Counted from the first letter of the whole stretch, positions 24,830-38,438 are shown. The stretch is DNA of 63,145 bases, filler included, from Octopus bimaculoides (GCF_001194135.2; 5 parts of 5 records of this genome joined end to end with filler, not necessarily neighbours in it), one strand, 5' to 3'. Translations and numbers: made by a program. The notes: generated by a model from the letters alone, not told the origin.

Positions 24830-25221
24830 CATGCAAGGCGGTAGAGTTGTGGGACCTTCTCTCTTACTGAACTTCTATTCTTGTCACCCATCACACATCA
24901 AAAGAAACATCCCATACAGCATGGCCAAATGCATCTGTGCTATAGTAAGTGACCCTAAAACGCGTGAAACCAGGCTCAACGAACTGAAAGGCTTCCTTAC
25001 TATACAAAAATACCCCTTAGGCCTAATTAATGAAGGAATTAAAAAGGCGATGGAACTGAATATCACCCAACTACGGACACCAAAGGAAAAAGTTAATGAA
25101 AACACGATTCCGTTCATTAACACATACAGTCCTGGAATAACTAACATATTCCACGTCATAAAATCGAACCTGCCTATACTCCTTCAAAGCCCTAAGATGA
25201 AAACTCTGATTGAAAAAAACA
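24830..25221 (+). mobile_element. Penelope-like element RT C-terminal (thumb) fragment
   Basis: SCHPSHIKRNIPYSMAKCICAIVSD...RLNELKGFL..QKYP. Confidence 0.8.
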
Positions 25222-25321
25222 NNNNNNNNNNNNNNNNNNNNNNNNNNNNNNNNNNNNNNNNNNNNTTAATTAATTAANNNNNNNNNNNNNNNNNNNNNNN
25301 NNNNNNNNNNNNNNNNNNNNN

Positions 25322-25557
25322 GGCACATAAAAGACACCATTTCGAGCGTGGCCGTTTTCGTGCGGGTGACACGTAAAAGCACCCACTACACTCTCTGAGT
25401 GGTTGGCGTTAGGAAGGGCATCCAGCTGTAGAAACTCTGCCAAATCAGACTGGAGCCTGGTGTTGCCATCCGGTTTCACCAGTCCTCAGTCAAATCGTCC
25501 AACCCATGCTAGCATGGAAAGCGGACGTTAAACGATGATGATGATGATGATGATGAT
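25322..25557 (+). mobile_element. RTE-family 3' UTR fragment with (GAT)n tail
   Basis: Near identity to 38180-38368. Confidence 0.85.
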
Positions 25558-26142
25558 TTTCTGTATGCTTCACTTAATTATAATATATGTACATTCCATA
25601 TAATTATATGTACCAACACTAACATTACTTACCTATTTGACAATATTACTTTTACTACCACTATAATATTACAACACTTTACTATTACCATCTTCTTATA
25701 TTCTTGATTATATATTTATACCATAGCATCAATAGCAATTGACACTTTACCTGCATCTAAATATTGTAAGTTCACTCACATATGTACATAAAATTGCATG
25801 TGTACATATATCTATATCATCCACACAATATATACTCATACTTTCAGTATGCTTTGCTTGCAAAACAAATATTACTTTTCACATAACTCTTTCTAAATTT
25901 TTCATCTTTCAATTAATCCTAATTCATTCCCCTAGATAAGCAAAAGGAGATAACCCATTGTTCTTGATTATAACCATTTTGTTCAGAATAAGTGGCAATG
26001 TTTTTTAAAAAACTACATCTTATTTTTACTTTATTTTGCACAAATCTTTAAATTCCTCGTAGGAGTAAGTATAATATCTTTTTCTTATCCATCTAATAGT
26101 TTTTCTGCATAATTGAATGTATCTGTCAGTGCATTGAAATGC

Positions 26143-26157
26143 TTTATAATAATAATG

Positions 26158-26200
<43 letters not shown>
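26143..26200. repeat. (ATA)n microsatellite
   Basis: Direct reading. Confidence 0.95.
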
Positions 26201-26201
<1 letters not shown>

Positions 26202-27002
26202 CTTTCTTTAGAATAAATAACAAAAAATTTTCTTCATAATCGAATGGAAAGTTTGTATCTTTAAATTTTATTTTACACATATATACCCTCCATTATTAAT
26301 TTATCTTAACCAGTGAAGATACAAGCCTCTTAATGAGTGAGTCATAATTAAATTTCTACTCTAGAATTATCTAAGTATGTAATAGAGCATAATCTTTCTT
26401 AGCCATAACTTTAAAATATTATAATCCACCTATATATTTTATATTATATATCCCTAATCACTTATTGCTTTTTCTAGCTTCTTTCAATTAACCAAAATCC
26501 CTCTGTTTAATTTTTATTTTGTTATTTTTCCCCCCAGCAAATTTATTTCTCTCTATATTTAAAAAATGTTTTTCTTATCTCTCCCTTTTCTTCTCTTCAA
26601 TCTATTTATTTACATAAAGTCTTCACAATATCTTACCTTAATTACATAATGTCCCCCACAACTCCTAACCATCTATATATTTTTTAAATGATTACATAAT
26701 GTCCCTCAAAACCCATTACTGTCTATTTCTCAAATCCCTAATAGTTTTTTTAGCATGTTTTGATTAGCTAATAACCCCCCCCCCCTATTACTTCCTCAAT
26801 GTCCTCTCTTCTTTTTCTAACAACTTAATGTTCTCATTACTAGGATACTTAACATATGAATATATGGTCCTCATCTATCTTTAAATTCTTTAAATTTAAA
26901 ATTTTTAAGTTCCTCATAGGAGTAAGTATAATATAATTTTCTTATCCATCTAATAGTTTTTCTGCATAATTGAATGTATCTGTTAGTGCATTAAAATACT
27001 TT

Positions 27003-27003
27003 A

Positions 27004-27037
<34 letters not shown>

Positions 27038-27042
27038 GGTGG

Positions 27043-27078
<36 letters not shown>
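27003..27078. repeat. Compound (GAT)n(GGT)n(GAT)n microsatellite
   Basis: Direct reading. Confidence 0.95.
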
Positions 27079-27079
<1 letters not shown>

Positions 27080-27519
27080 CTTTCTTTAGAATAAGTAACA
27101 AAAATGTACATTAGTACATTTTTACCACTAACTTGAATTCCTCTGGAAAATATGTAAGCATTAGCCATTTGTAATAGGCAGCCCTGAAGATATTTGGTCA
27201 AATTAGGTTATTTACATCTACAACTCATACTGGATTACTTTTTACATCTATAACTTTTAACATGGTTCAAATCCTGTGGATCTGAAGCATTGTTTACCTT
27301 GTGACCAGATTGAAAAATGTGTAGGCACTTTGTATGCTTATTTTATGTTAATTTATGTTCCTTTAAATTTTATTTGTATTAAACTATTTGCTGTGTTCTT
27401 ATTGTGATACAAATAAAATAAGTATCCACAATATTTTTTCTCCGTTTTCTTGATATATATTTCGTATGTGTATTCTGTATGCAAGATTCTTCATGTGGAT
27501 ACGTGTGTTGAAAGAAATA

Positions 27520-27830
27520 CAATTAAACCTTGGGAGAGGCATTATGCCGGTAATAAACACACGCACTGGTTCAGTCGTTTATTAATTTATATAGTTTTTT
27601 GTTAAATTATTTCATTGCACTCTTGCAATCTCTTCAGTAACTTGTCTCTCCACTTCCATTTATTTTGAATGTATGATACATTCAAAATAAATGGAAGTGG
27701 AGAGACAAGTTACTGAAAAGATTGCAAGAGTGCAATGAAATAATTTAACAAAAAACTATATAAATTAATAAACGACTGAACCAGTGCATGTGTTTATTAC
27801 CGGCATAATGCCTCTCCCAAGGTTTAATTG
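27520..27830. repeat. Near-perfect 311-bp palindrome (155-bp arms, 1-nt spacer)
   Basis: CAATTAAACCTTGGGAGAGG...TGTAT g ATACA...CCTCTCCCAAGGTTTAATTG; two mismatches seen. Confidence 0.95.
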
Positions 27831-27859
27831 ATATATATTATTTATCAGTTATTAGTTAA

Positions 27860-28658
<799 letters not shown>

Positions 28659-28727
28659 TATTTATTAGTTTTATATATATATATATAAAACTAATAAATA
28701 ATATATAATACATACATACACATATGC

Positions 28728-28885
28728 ATAGGCATAGGATTGCCTGTGTGGTAAGTAGCTTGCTTACAAACTACATGGTTCTGGGTTTAGTCCTACTGGG
28801 TGGCACCTTGGGCAAGTGTCTTCTGCTATAGCATCGGGCCGACCAAAGCCTTGTGAGTGGAATTGGTAGATGGAAGCTAAAAGAT
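28728..28885 (+). mobile_element. tRNA-derived SINE 5' fragment (CORE-like domain)
   Basis: Matches 38437-38600 and 58550-58700(-); GGCACCTTGGGCAAGTGTCTT motif. Confidence 0.8.
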
Positions 28886-28899
28886 ATTGCAAGTATGAA

Positions 28900-30230
28900 G
28901 ATTACAGGTCAGGGCAGGTGGTATATTTGAAGTCACTTTTCTCCTTTGCCTGTCAATGCTGATTGCAACAAAGTTTTTAATACAACAATCTCCATTCTGT
29001 TCATTCCAAAACTGTTCACTCAAAGGTGTTGTGAGCTTTCTTCATCTCTAAGAGGTTACTCTTCAGCTTTTCCTTATATCTGAGCCATGATTGACCAACA
29101 TTCCTGTGCCCACTCTCAAGCTGGCTGTATTTGAAGACTTTAGGTATTCTTACATCACTTATTCTGATGATATGGCCTTCCCAGTGTGGTTGTGACTGTA
29201 TAAGGAAGCTCTCAATTCCACCAATCTTACACTTGCTAAACAAGTTAACATTTGAAACTTTGTCTTTTAGTGAATAACTGCAAATTGTCCTCAGACAGTT
29301 TTTGTGGAAGATGGCTAGTGGGTTAATGTGTTGTCTATAGGGTATCCACAACTCTGAGCCATACAAGAGAGTTGTGAAAATGGCTGCTTTATAGACCTGT
29401 ACTTTGGTGTCAAGTTTGATGCCCCTTTCATTCCATAGGCAATGACAGAGTTTGCCAAATGTATTGGTTGTCTTTGCTAGATGGTTAATGATTTCATCAT
29501 CAAGGGAAGCACTCGAATTCACTTTACCACCAAGATATGTAAATAACTTCACATAATTTAGGCTTTTCCCATCAACCTGTATAGAAGTGTCAGGAAAATT
29601 GTGAACCTCAAATTTGTTTAGGAGTAGGTCAAAGTTAGTAGATTACTTCCATCTTCTTTATGCTGATGGTCAATCCAAACGCTTTACATTCAGCAGAAAA
29701 CCAGTCTAGAAGTTCCTGAGCTTTCTCTAAGGAGGTCGCTACTAGTGCAGCATCATCTGCAAAAAGTAGATCGTGAATGATGCTAATGCATAGAAGTGTT
29801 CTGGTTTTGAAATGTTGATGATTAAATAGTCCACCACTTGTTCAAAACTGGAATTTGACACCACTTTATATGTTGCCAAAAACATATCTTAGTATCACTG
29901 AAAAAAAGAGTGCAAACAAAATAGGGGCCATAACACAACCTTGTTTTGTGCTGTTTGTAACATTGAAGGAAGCTGAAGATTCCCCACCGCTACGACAGCA
30001 GCTTTCATTTCCTCATGAAAGGAGATGATAACATTCAACATCTTGTCAGGTATATCAAGCTTTTTTTTCAGAACTATCCAAAATGCTTGCCAGTTAACAG
30101 CATCGACAAATATCAAGAACAACACTTGATTTTTCTCATGGACCTTCTCCATGACTTGTTGGAGGGAAAAGATCATGTCGATACTTCCACTACCAGAGTG
30201 AAATCCACACTATGATTCTGGATAGATATT
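28900..30230 (-). mobile_element. RTE (BovB-like) LINE fragment
   Basis: DMIFSLQQVMEK and FTYLGGKV...FGKL..LWNERGIKLDTKVQVYKA motifs. Confidence 0.85.
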
Positions 30231-30506
30231 TACAATGTGAAATGAAAAAATTGTATAAATAAAAGCTCTTTAAAAACTATCTTGTACCGAATATTTAAAT
30301 TTGTGAACTTAAAATATTCAATAATAAAAAGAAGTTCAGAAAGTAAATATTCCTGAAAACTTCAATTTATAAAGAAATTTCCCTTGCTTAGTAAATATTT
30401 CTTTCAGTAATTTCTCATAATTGTAATATATCTCTGATTTAAACACACTTCAAGGTAACCCAACTACATTTGCCATGCTAGAAATAGCAGTGATCACATA
30501 GTTATT

Positions 30507-30754
30507 CAGTTCTATATTTAAGAGATGAGGAATTATGTACATTATTTACATTGGATGGATATTTGTCCTCGTCTTGTTTGTTGTTAACACAATGTTTTGG
30601 CTGATATACCCTCCAGCCTTCATCAGGTGTCTTGGCGAAATTTCGAACCTGTGTTCTCATTCCTAAGGTATTTTTTGATGTTGTTGTTATTATTATTATT
30701 ATCATTCAGGTCACTGCCGGGAATCAAACTCAGAATCTTGAGGTTAGTAGCCCG
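30507..30754 (-). mobile_element. 5'-truncated tRNA-HHR cassette (inverted partner)
   Basis: Hammerhead at about 30585-30631 with G12 to A and CG to CA. Confidence 0.85.
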
Positions 30755-30755
30755 T

Positions 30756-30826
30756 GGGTATATGGCGTAGTGGTTAAGAACGCGGGCTACTAACCCCAAG
30801 ATTCTAAGTTCGATTCCAGGCAGTGA

Positions 30827-30877
<51 letters not shown>

Positions 30878-31040
30878 CAACAACAACATCGAAAAATACC
30901 TTAGGAATGAGAACACAGGTTCGAAATTTCCCCAAGACACCTGATGAAGGCTGGAGGGTATATTAGCCGAAACGTGTTAACAACAAACAAGATGAGGACA
31001 AATGATGTACATAATTCCTCATCTCTTAAATATAGAACTG
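30756..31040 (+). mobile_element. tRNA-HHR cassette, complete head to AGAACTG end
   Basis: A and B boxes, (AAT)n, hammerhead at 30936-30978 (CTGATGA...GAAAC with a 3-nt deletion at the cleavage site). Confidence 0.85.
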
Positions 31041-31319
31041 TATATATATATATATGGAATAAACAAAGCAAGAACACACACGAAGATGGAAAATGTCACT
31101 GAGGAAGTCACAAAATTTAAATATTTGTTGCATTCACTGCAGAATAGATTTTAATGTTTAATATTAATTTGTTGCAAGCGAAATTTTCCATTTTCATTTG
31201 TAACAGTCTCTCACTCTCTCTTGCTGCTATTTTCATCAATAATAACTTAATATATATTAATTTCTATGCTTTCATTTCAAGTTTTAATTTGTTATTTGCA
31301 AAATCCACAGTTTATTCTA

Positions 31320-31900
31320 TACACTGCTGTCAAGACGTCTCCAAACAAGTCTGGCATACAACTGTAAAGCTCGTAGGGTAGTCCATCCAAACCTGGTGAT
31401 TTGTCCCTCAAACATTCTGCCATCACATCCCTCACTTCCACCGCCGTGATGGCACCTTTGCAGTACCCTGCTTCTCTTGTCAATAGTCATGGCAGGCTGT
31501 GCAGGTAGGCATTGAAGTCCACCCTGTGTTCTCGCTTGCCACTCGTCCCGAACAGTCGAGCAAAGTGCTGCTGAAAGGCCTCACACATTTTACTTGGCTC
31601 GAGTAGTTTGCGCCCCTGTTCATCTATCAGAGACCGAATGGTGGCTTTGTTGCCCTGTTGCGCCTCGGCCACCTGGGCCTCTCGTGCGGCTCCAACACCT
31701 TCGTTCCTTAGAGCATGCATCCTAGCCCTGACAATGCACCCTTCGTGTTTAGCGTTGAAGTGTTGGTTGAGGGCCAACCTTGCTGCCAAAACGTCAGATG
31801 CGATGCCACTTCTAATTGCCTCTTCTAGTTTCTTAACTAGGTCACCCTCTACTCTGTTTCTATCTATCACTAGTGCTTTGCTATACCTAATCGCTTTCCA
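31320..31900 (-). mobile_element. Tx1/L1-like LINE internal fragment
   Basis: High similarity to 12480-13050 and 15500-16100 (KSPGLDGLPYE). Confidence 0.85.
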
Positions 31901-31929
31901 GTACAATCAATAGGATTACCTCATCACCC

Positions 31930-34720
31930 AAAATGCATGTCTTCTCCGACAAGACTGGGAACTTGTACTCTCTTACCATTGAGGAATATCTTGAATTTAT
32001 TAGGAAGAAGCTACACAAATCCTATAGGACGGCCCCACAATCAGCGCTGGACACCATCAATACCAACCAACGCAAACTTGTAAATACACTCGAAGTCAAT
32101 GACTACACTGAGCCCTACAACCCAAGAACATCACACTTCAGTCTTAAAGATCATAAACCAGACTTAACCAAACCCTCTATTAGACTCATCTGCCCCACCA
32201 AATCAGATTTAGGACGAATTAGCAAAAATATACTAGACAGAGTCATACCCTCTATCAGGGAGAAACTAAATGTAAATTTATGGTCCTGCACAGGCGAGGT
32301 CATCACCTGGTTCTACCTGCTTCACAACAAAAACACATCCTCTTACCTACAATTTAACATCAATAATAACTTTGCCTCTATATCACCTATCCTCCTTAAA
32401 AACACCCTTACCTTAGCTAAAGACCTAACCAACATAACCTCCTTAGAAATTGATGTAATTATATCTGCCAGACAGACCCTCATTTCCTTCGATAATAGGC
32501 TTTGGTCCCGTGCTAACCTCAACACTAACAGAAGCAATTTCTTTGATATAACCATGGGCTCATCTGACTCCGCTCAGGTCACAGATCTAGTCAGATTGTA
32601 CCTCCTTCAACAGCTCTGCACACAATTCCCCCATATCAAAGGGTGTTTGTACAGAGATGATGCATTGTTAATTACAACCGGCCTAATGAGATCTGCATTA
32701 GAAAAAACTAGAAAATACACAAATTCTTCGCCAACCTTAAGCTATCTGTCTCTTTCGAAAACTCCTACAGGACAGCAAATTTTCTAGATGTTACTTTAGA
32801 TTGAAACTCTTCACTATACTTCACATATCATAGACTCAATCAATACTTTAAATACATCAACACAGAATCTAGCCACCATAAATCTACTTTCAAGAGCGTA
32901 ATCAAAGACATATCCATCACAATATCTGATCTATCCACCAATGAAGAAATCTTCAATAACTATACCAACTACTATAACCAAGCTCTAGCTGCTAGTGGTT
33001 TCTCCCAGAAAATTAGATTTATACCCAACATTAGACATAAGGAACACCTCTCGAAACTTAGCTCTGGACAAACGCACACAAATATTGGAAATCCAATCCC
33101 TTCTACTATGATCATTCAATCTCACCTACCTAGCACCCACATGCACAACACTCGATCTACGAACACTGATACTAACATTAGACCTTCCAACTCTCTAACA
33201 CTGACTAGGAATTACACCTCTCCTAACTTGCCCAATAAAAGTGGCAGGAGATCTATTCTCTGGTATACACCTCCATTCACTTTAAATGTTAAGGGCCTCG
33301 CTAAAGCTTTCTATCTTTAACAGATACACTTTGAAATTATCCTATTCATCTACACCAAATATGGAATCTATAATTACTTCATCTAATAAGTGTAAACTTA
33401 GCTTCTACTATCTCTACACAATGAAAACACTAACACCGATCGCAATAACATGGCCCAACCACTTTAAGCAACTTAAACATACATAATATAATCCCCACTG
33501 AGGGTAATGGGTGCACACCTGAAACTGACGCAAACACTAATAGGCACACTGATACTAACAACACTAATTACATTATAACCACTACAACTAATAATACATA
33601 TACTTCAACTACTAATAGGAATAGCAATAATATTAATACTAACACCATCGGCAATATTACCTTTATTGAAAACCGTATTATTATTAACACTCCCAATAAT
33701 AGCCGCAATAATAACATGACTAATACTACCTCGTCTACCACCGCTAATACTAACACTACTACTAATGATATTACTATTGCCCCTGCTGCTGCAATTACTG
33801 CCGCTACTGCTACTACTACTACTATTACTAGTAATATTACCAATACTACTATTACTAGTAATATTACCAATACTACTAGCACTACTACCACCACCACCAC
33901 CACTACTACGACTACTACTACTACTACTAATAATAATGATGATGATGATGATAAAAATTACAACAGTGACACCGATAATGATAATGACAATAATAATAAT
34001 ATTAATGGTAACACTCGTTGATATCGATACGAGAAACGGCAGCAATAATAGAACAATTGATTCACCTAATACCACCCTAACCACTACCAGCACTACCTCA
34101 TCTGTCTCTCTCCAATTAACCACCGTAGAACTAATAACTGCAACTGCAGATCTGGGACAGATTGCCCACTGCAAACCCAACACAGAAGATTCAACGTCGT
34201 ATACCGAAGCACTGTTCACAACATGGTAAGTAACTCCTGTAGCTACTACATTAGCTCTAGTACCAATTTTAAACAAAGATATTATGCACATTTAAACTCA
34301 TTTAAATATAAGGAGAATAGCAATTCCACATCACTAGACAGCCACATACACCATCTAGTTAATAGAAAAATAGAGTATAAACTTTCCTGGGCTATAATTG
34401 ACTTGTGTACCTCATATCAGGGCCAAAATTCTAGTCGTGGACTTTGCTTAAAAGAAGCTCTCAAAATTCTAATCCACAACTCACCACAATTGCTTTATAA
34501 ATACAATGAGGCCTTCACTACATGTAAGCACAAATTCTTCGGCACTTTTAAATTCTTTCATAAATTTAAATGTAAGCTCACCCCCACCACAAATAGCACC
34601 CACATACAAACCCCTATGATCATTAACGCATACCCCTTTTATATCTCTATAACTCTTATTTCTACCTTGTATCTTACCTCATATCTATCTACAGTACCTC
34701 ATCACACTATGAGATAAATA
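31930..34720 (+). mobile_element. Naiad-like Penelope element (RT, CNC..CPL linker, GIY-YIG), degenerate
   Basis: FSLKDHKP, CPTKSDLGRISK, DITMGSSDSAQ, LYRDDA, WYTPPF, YSSTPNM, CNCRSGTDCPL (34139-), FKQRYYAH..F and LCLKE..CKH motifs. Confidence 0.85.
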
Positions 34721-35499
34721 TTAATTCTTTAATTTATCCTTAATTTATTTTAAACCTTACCCCAACAAATCCCCTACTATAAACCCCTTAACTCCCACTC
34801 ATAATTTAGCATTCAACTAGCTCTTCCTTTCTCGACTACCTATGCATACACAACTCCATTGCTAAAAATAACTCTACAGCCGCTGACCTTAGCCAGGATG
34901 GACACAAACAGTTACTACCAAATCTCCTCCTCAACAACTTCAGACTTTGAGACTACCAGACATCTCTTACTCTCTTTAAATTCCTTTCATTTCGCTCTAT
35001 TTTTTTAATCCTATCTTCCTCCACATCCTCATCCTCTTTCTCATCTTCTCAGCTACCCCATACACAATTCTTAGACACCATACATATATACACCTTACTT
35101 TATCCTAATGCCAATCCTCAAAATACCCCCTACCTCACTCTATCTACCTCTCTTTCTATTTCTTTTCTTTACTTTTACCAATTAAGAACCACCTCCACCA
35201 CCATTCAGTTATTGAACGTTGATATGTTTGCGTCATTTTCTTAGGATGTCTACTATATCAGGACTTTAACCCACATGGATATACGCCGGATTGCACCAAA
35301 AGACTTATGCTCATGGATCTACACAGGATTGCACCTAAGGACTCATACTCTGGTTTCTATAACTTCAGAAAGTTGAACTATGAACTTTTATGCTTCTTTT
35401 TACTTTTCTCTTTCCATCTCTTTATTCTTTAACTCCTGTCCTCTATGTTGTCCTCTTATTGATATATACCATTCTCATTTTCCATATTTTTTCCCCTTT

Positions 35500-38368
35500 T
35501 TGTCTCGGATGATGGAATATCCCATCCTCGGGGATATCACAGAAACAGCTGAACTGGTTTGCAATAAGTAATGGTTTGAAGTTAGCTTCAGGAAACCTGC
35601 CAGTCATCTAGTCACCTACTGTTCTGACAGACACACTGGCCAAATAGACTACATCCTCGCCAGAAAAAGGGAAAGAGGACTGCTTATAAATGCCAAAACC
35701 TACCCAGGCAAAGAATGTACCCCCCAGCATAGACTGGTAGTTAGTGACTTCAGGATCAGGGCTAAGTGGATGCCCAGAAGATGACCAGCATGGAGGAAAA
35801 GGGTCTCGAAGTTTAAAGTTCCTATGAATGGATAGAGATTTAGAGACTTATTACTCAAAGCCTTAGATGAAATAGAAGGGGATATAGCTTCACACGATGT
35901 ACAAGACAACTGGGAGTTTCTACGGGACAACCTACTGAGGGCCACTGACCAGATTTGTGAATGGTGCAAAGTCCCTTCTCGACCCAAAATAACGTGGTGA
36001 TGGAACGATGTGGTTGACAGGGTTATTAGACAAAAGAAATAGGCTTGGAAGGACTGGAAAAACGGTGGTAGCAAGGAATTGTATCAGACTGCCAGAAGGG
36101 AAGCTAGGCGACAGGTTTATTTAGCCAGAGGGGAAGCAGATAAGAAAAAACTTGCCAATGTTCTGCGCTGTGAGGACCAAAGACTTGAGGTATTTCATGT
36201 TGCAAGACAGTGTGTGAGAGAGAATCGTGATGTTGTAGGAGAGTAATATGTTCATATGGATGATGGTTCACTTGCACTAAATGAAACTGCAAAGAGAGAG
36301 GTTTGGAGATGCCACTACGAAAGGTTGCTCAATAAAGAGAATGAACAGGAGAAAGAGAGTCTGCCGAATGTCGACCCAACAGAGGGACCAGCTATCCGAA
36401 TTGACAGTACCTTGGTAGATAAAGCAATTAAGAGCATGAAGACAGGGAAAGCCCCCGGCCCATCAGGAATCACTGCAGAGATGCTCAAAATATATGTCAG
36501 TGTTAGCTATAGCCTAGTTACCCATATAGTTAACCAGCTGATGCACAAAAGAGTCATACACAATGACTGGTGTAGCAGCACCATAGTCAACTGCTACAAA
36601 GGTAAAGGTAATGCTTTAGATCCAAATAATTACAGAGGTATCAAGTTGTTGGATCAGGTAATGAAGGTCACAGAGAGGGTCATAGCCCAACTAATTAGAG
36701 AGAGAGGCAGTTTAAATGAGATGCAGTTTGGGTTCGTGCCAGGGAAAAGCACCACTGATGCTATATTTCTGGTATGACAGCTGCAGGAGAAATACCTAGC
36801 CAAAGATAAACCTCTGTACCTGGCTTTCGTTGACATGGAGAAAGCCTTTGATGGGTTACCCCGATCCCTTATCAATGAGAAATCTAGGGATAGATGAATC
36901 GTTAGTGAGAGCTGTGCAAGCCATGTACAGGGACGCTGTCAGTAAGGTGAGGGTTGGCAACAAGTACAATGAAGAATTCCAGGTAGAGGTAGGGGTCCAC
37001 CAAGGTTCAGTCCTCAGCCCCCTTCTATTCATCATAGTTCTCCAGGCAATAACAGAGGAATTCAAGACTGGATGCCCTGGGAGCTCTTCTATACTGATGA
37101 CCTTGCTCTAAATGCTAAGTCACTATTAGAACTAGAGGAGAAGTTTCAGGTGTGGAAGCAAGGATTAGAAGCAAAGGGCCTAAGAGTCAACCTAGCTAAA
37201 ACCAAAGTCCTAATAAGTAGGAAGGCAGACAAACCACAAACCCCTTCAGGTAGATGGCCTTGCTCGATCTGTAGAAAAGGCATAGGTAGAAATTCCATAA
37301 AATGTACCCAGTGTCAGCTATGGACACATAAGAGGTGCAGCAATATCAAAGGAAGGGTAACTGGGAAGGTAGTTTTTGTATGTGGCAGATGCTCAGGTGC
37401 AATAAACACATTCCAGGGAGAGAAACTAGAAGTAGTTGATAGCTTCCATTATCTAGGTGACCAAGTCAGTAGCGGGGAGGGTGCACTGAAAGTGTAGCTG
37501 CTAGAATAAGAATAGTTCAGAGAGCGCAAGGGCCTCTTGCTCAGAGTAAAAGGCAGACTGTATGTTGCCATGTAGCATGACTGTACGAACAGCCATGCTA
37601 CATGGCAGTGAAACATGGGCCACGACAGCTGAGGACGTGCATAAGCTTGCAAGGAATGAACCTGGGATGAGGTGGTGAAGCACAACCTTCAAACATTAGG
37701 CCGCACCGAGACCATGACTAGAGGCCAAGACCTTTGGAAATATGCTGTGTTTGAGAAGACTCGGCAAGCCAAGTGAGACCATAACACGTGGCCTATGCCA
37801 GGTGTGTAACCAGCTCACTTATGCGTACCTTTCCTCCATTGGACACTAAATTCTGCTTGCGAAAACCTGTTGAGGCAAGTGAAATCAAAATCGAATCAAA
37901 TTCGATGACTGACACCCGTGCCAATGGAGCACTCAGAGCACCGTCCAAGCGTGATCATTGCCAGAGCAGCTGTTTGTCTTCCATGCCGGTAGCACATAAA
38001 AAGCACCCTTTGAGCGTGAGCGTTGCCGGTATCGCCATACTGGCTTTTGTGCTGGTGGCACGTGAAAAAACATTCGAGCGAGGTTGTTGCCAGCACCGCT
38101 GGACTGGCTCCTGTGCAGCTGACACGTAAAAACACCATTTGAGCATGGCCATTGCCAGTACCGCCTGACTCTCCCTCATGCCGGTAGCACGTAAAAACAC
38201 CCACTATACTCTCGGAGTGTTTGGCGTTAGGAAGTTCATCCAGCTGTTGAAACTCTTCCAGATCAGATCAGTTTTGTGCAGCCATCTGGTTCGCCAGTCC
38301 TCAGTCAAATTGTCCAACCCATGCTAGCATGGAAAGCGGACGTTAAACGATGATGATGATGATGATGA
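35500..38368 (+). mobile_element. RTE-clade LINE (endonuclease end, RT with PHD-like insert, long 3' UTR, (GAT)n tail)
   Basis: IDYIL, QHRLVV, GKAPGPSG, DMEKAFD, HQGSVLSPLLF and YTDDL motifs; stops and frameshifts present. Confidence 0.92.
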
Positions 38369-38396
38369 TAGATACATATATTTGTGTATATATAGA

Positions 38397-38436
<40 letters not shown>

Positions 38437-38438
<2 letters not shown>

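Noticed and set aside
25267-25278. TTAATTAATTAA islands inside N runs (also 43572-83, 57638-49, 61352-63)
   Set aside because: Identical six-frame-stop 12-mers centred in gaps are assembly linkers, not biology.
27175-27215. CTGAAGA...GTCAAATT hammerhead-like string
   Set aside because: G12 is missing and the helices are too short to support a call; possibly a decayed PLE end.
30756-30830. tRNA gene
   Set aside because: A and B boxes are present, but the acceptor stem is poor and the sequence is part of a repeated mobile cassette.
33568-34291. Hydrophobic or poly-T/S/L ORFs
   Set aside because: Translations of trinucleotide low-complexity sequence.
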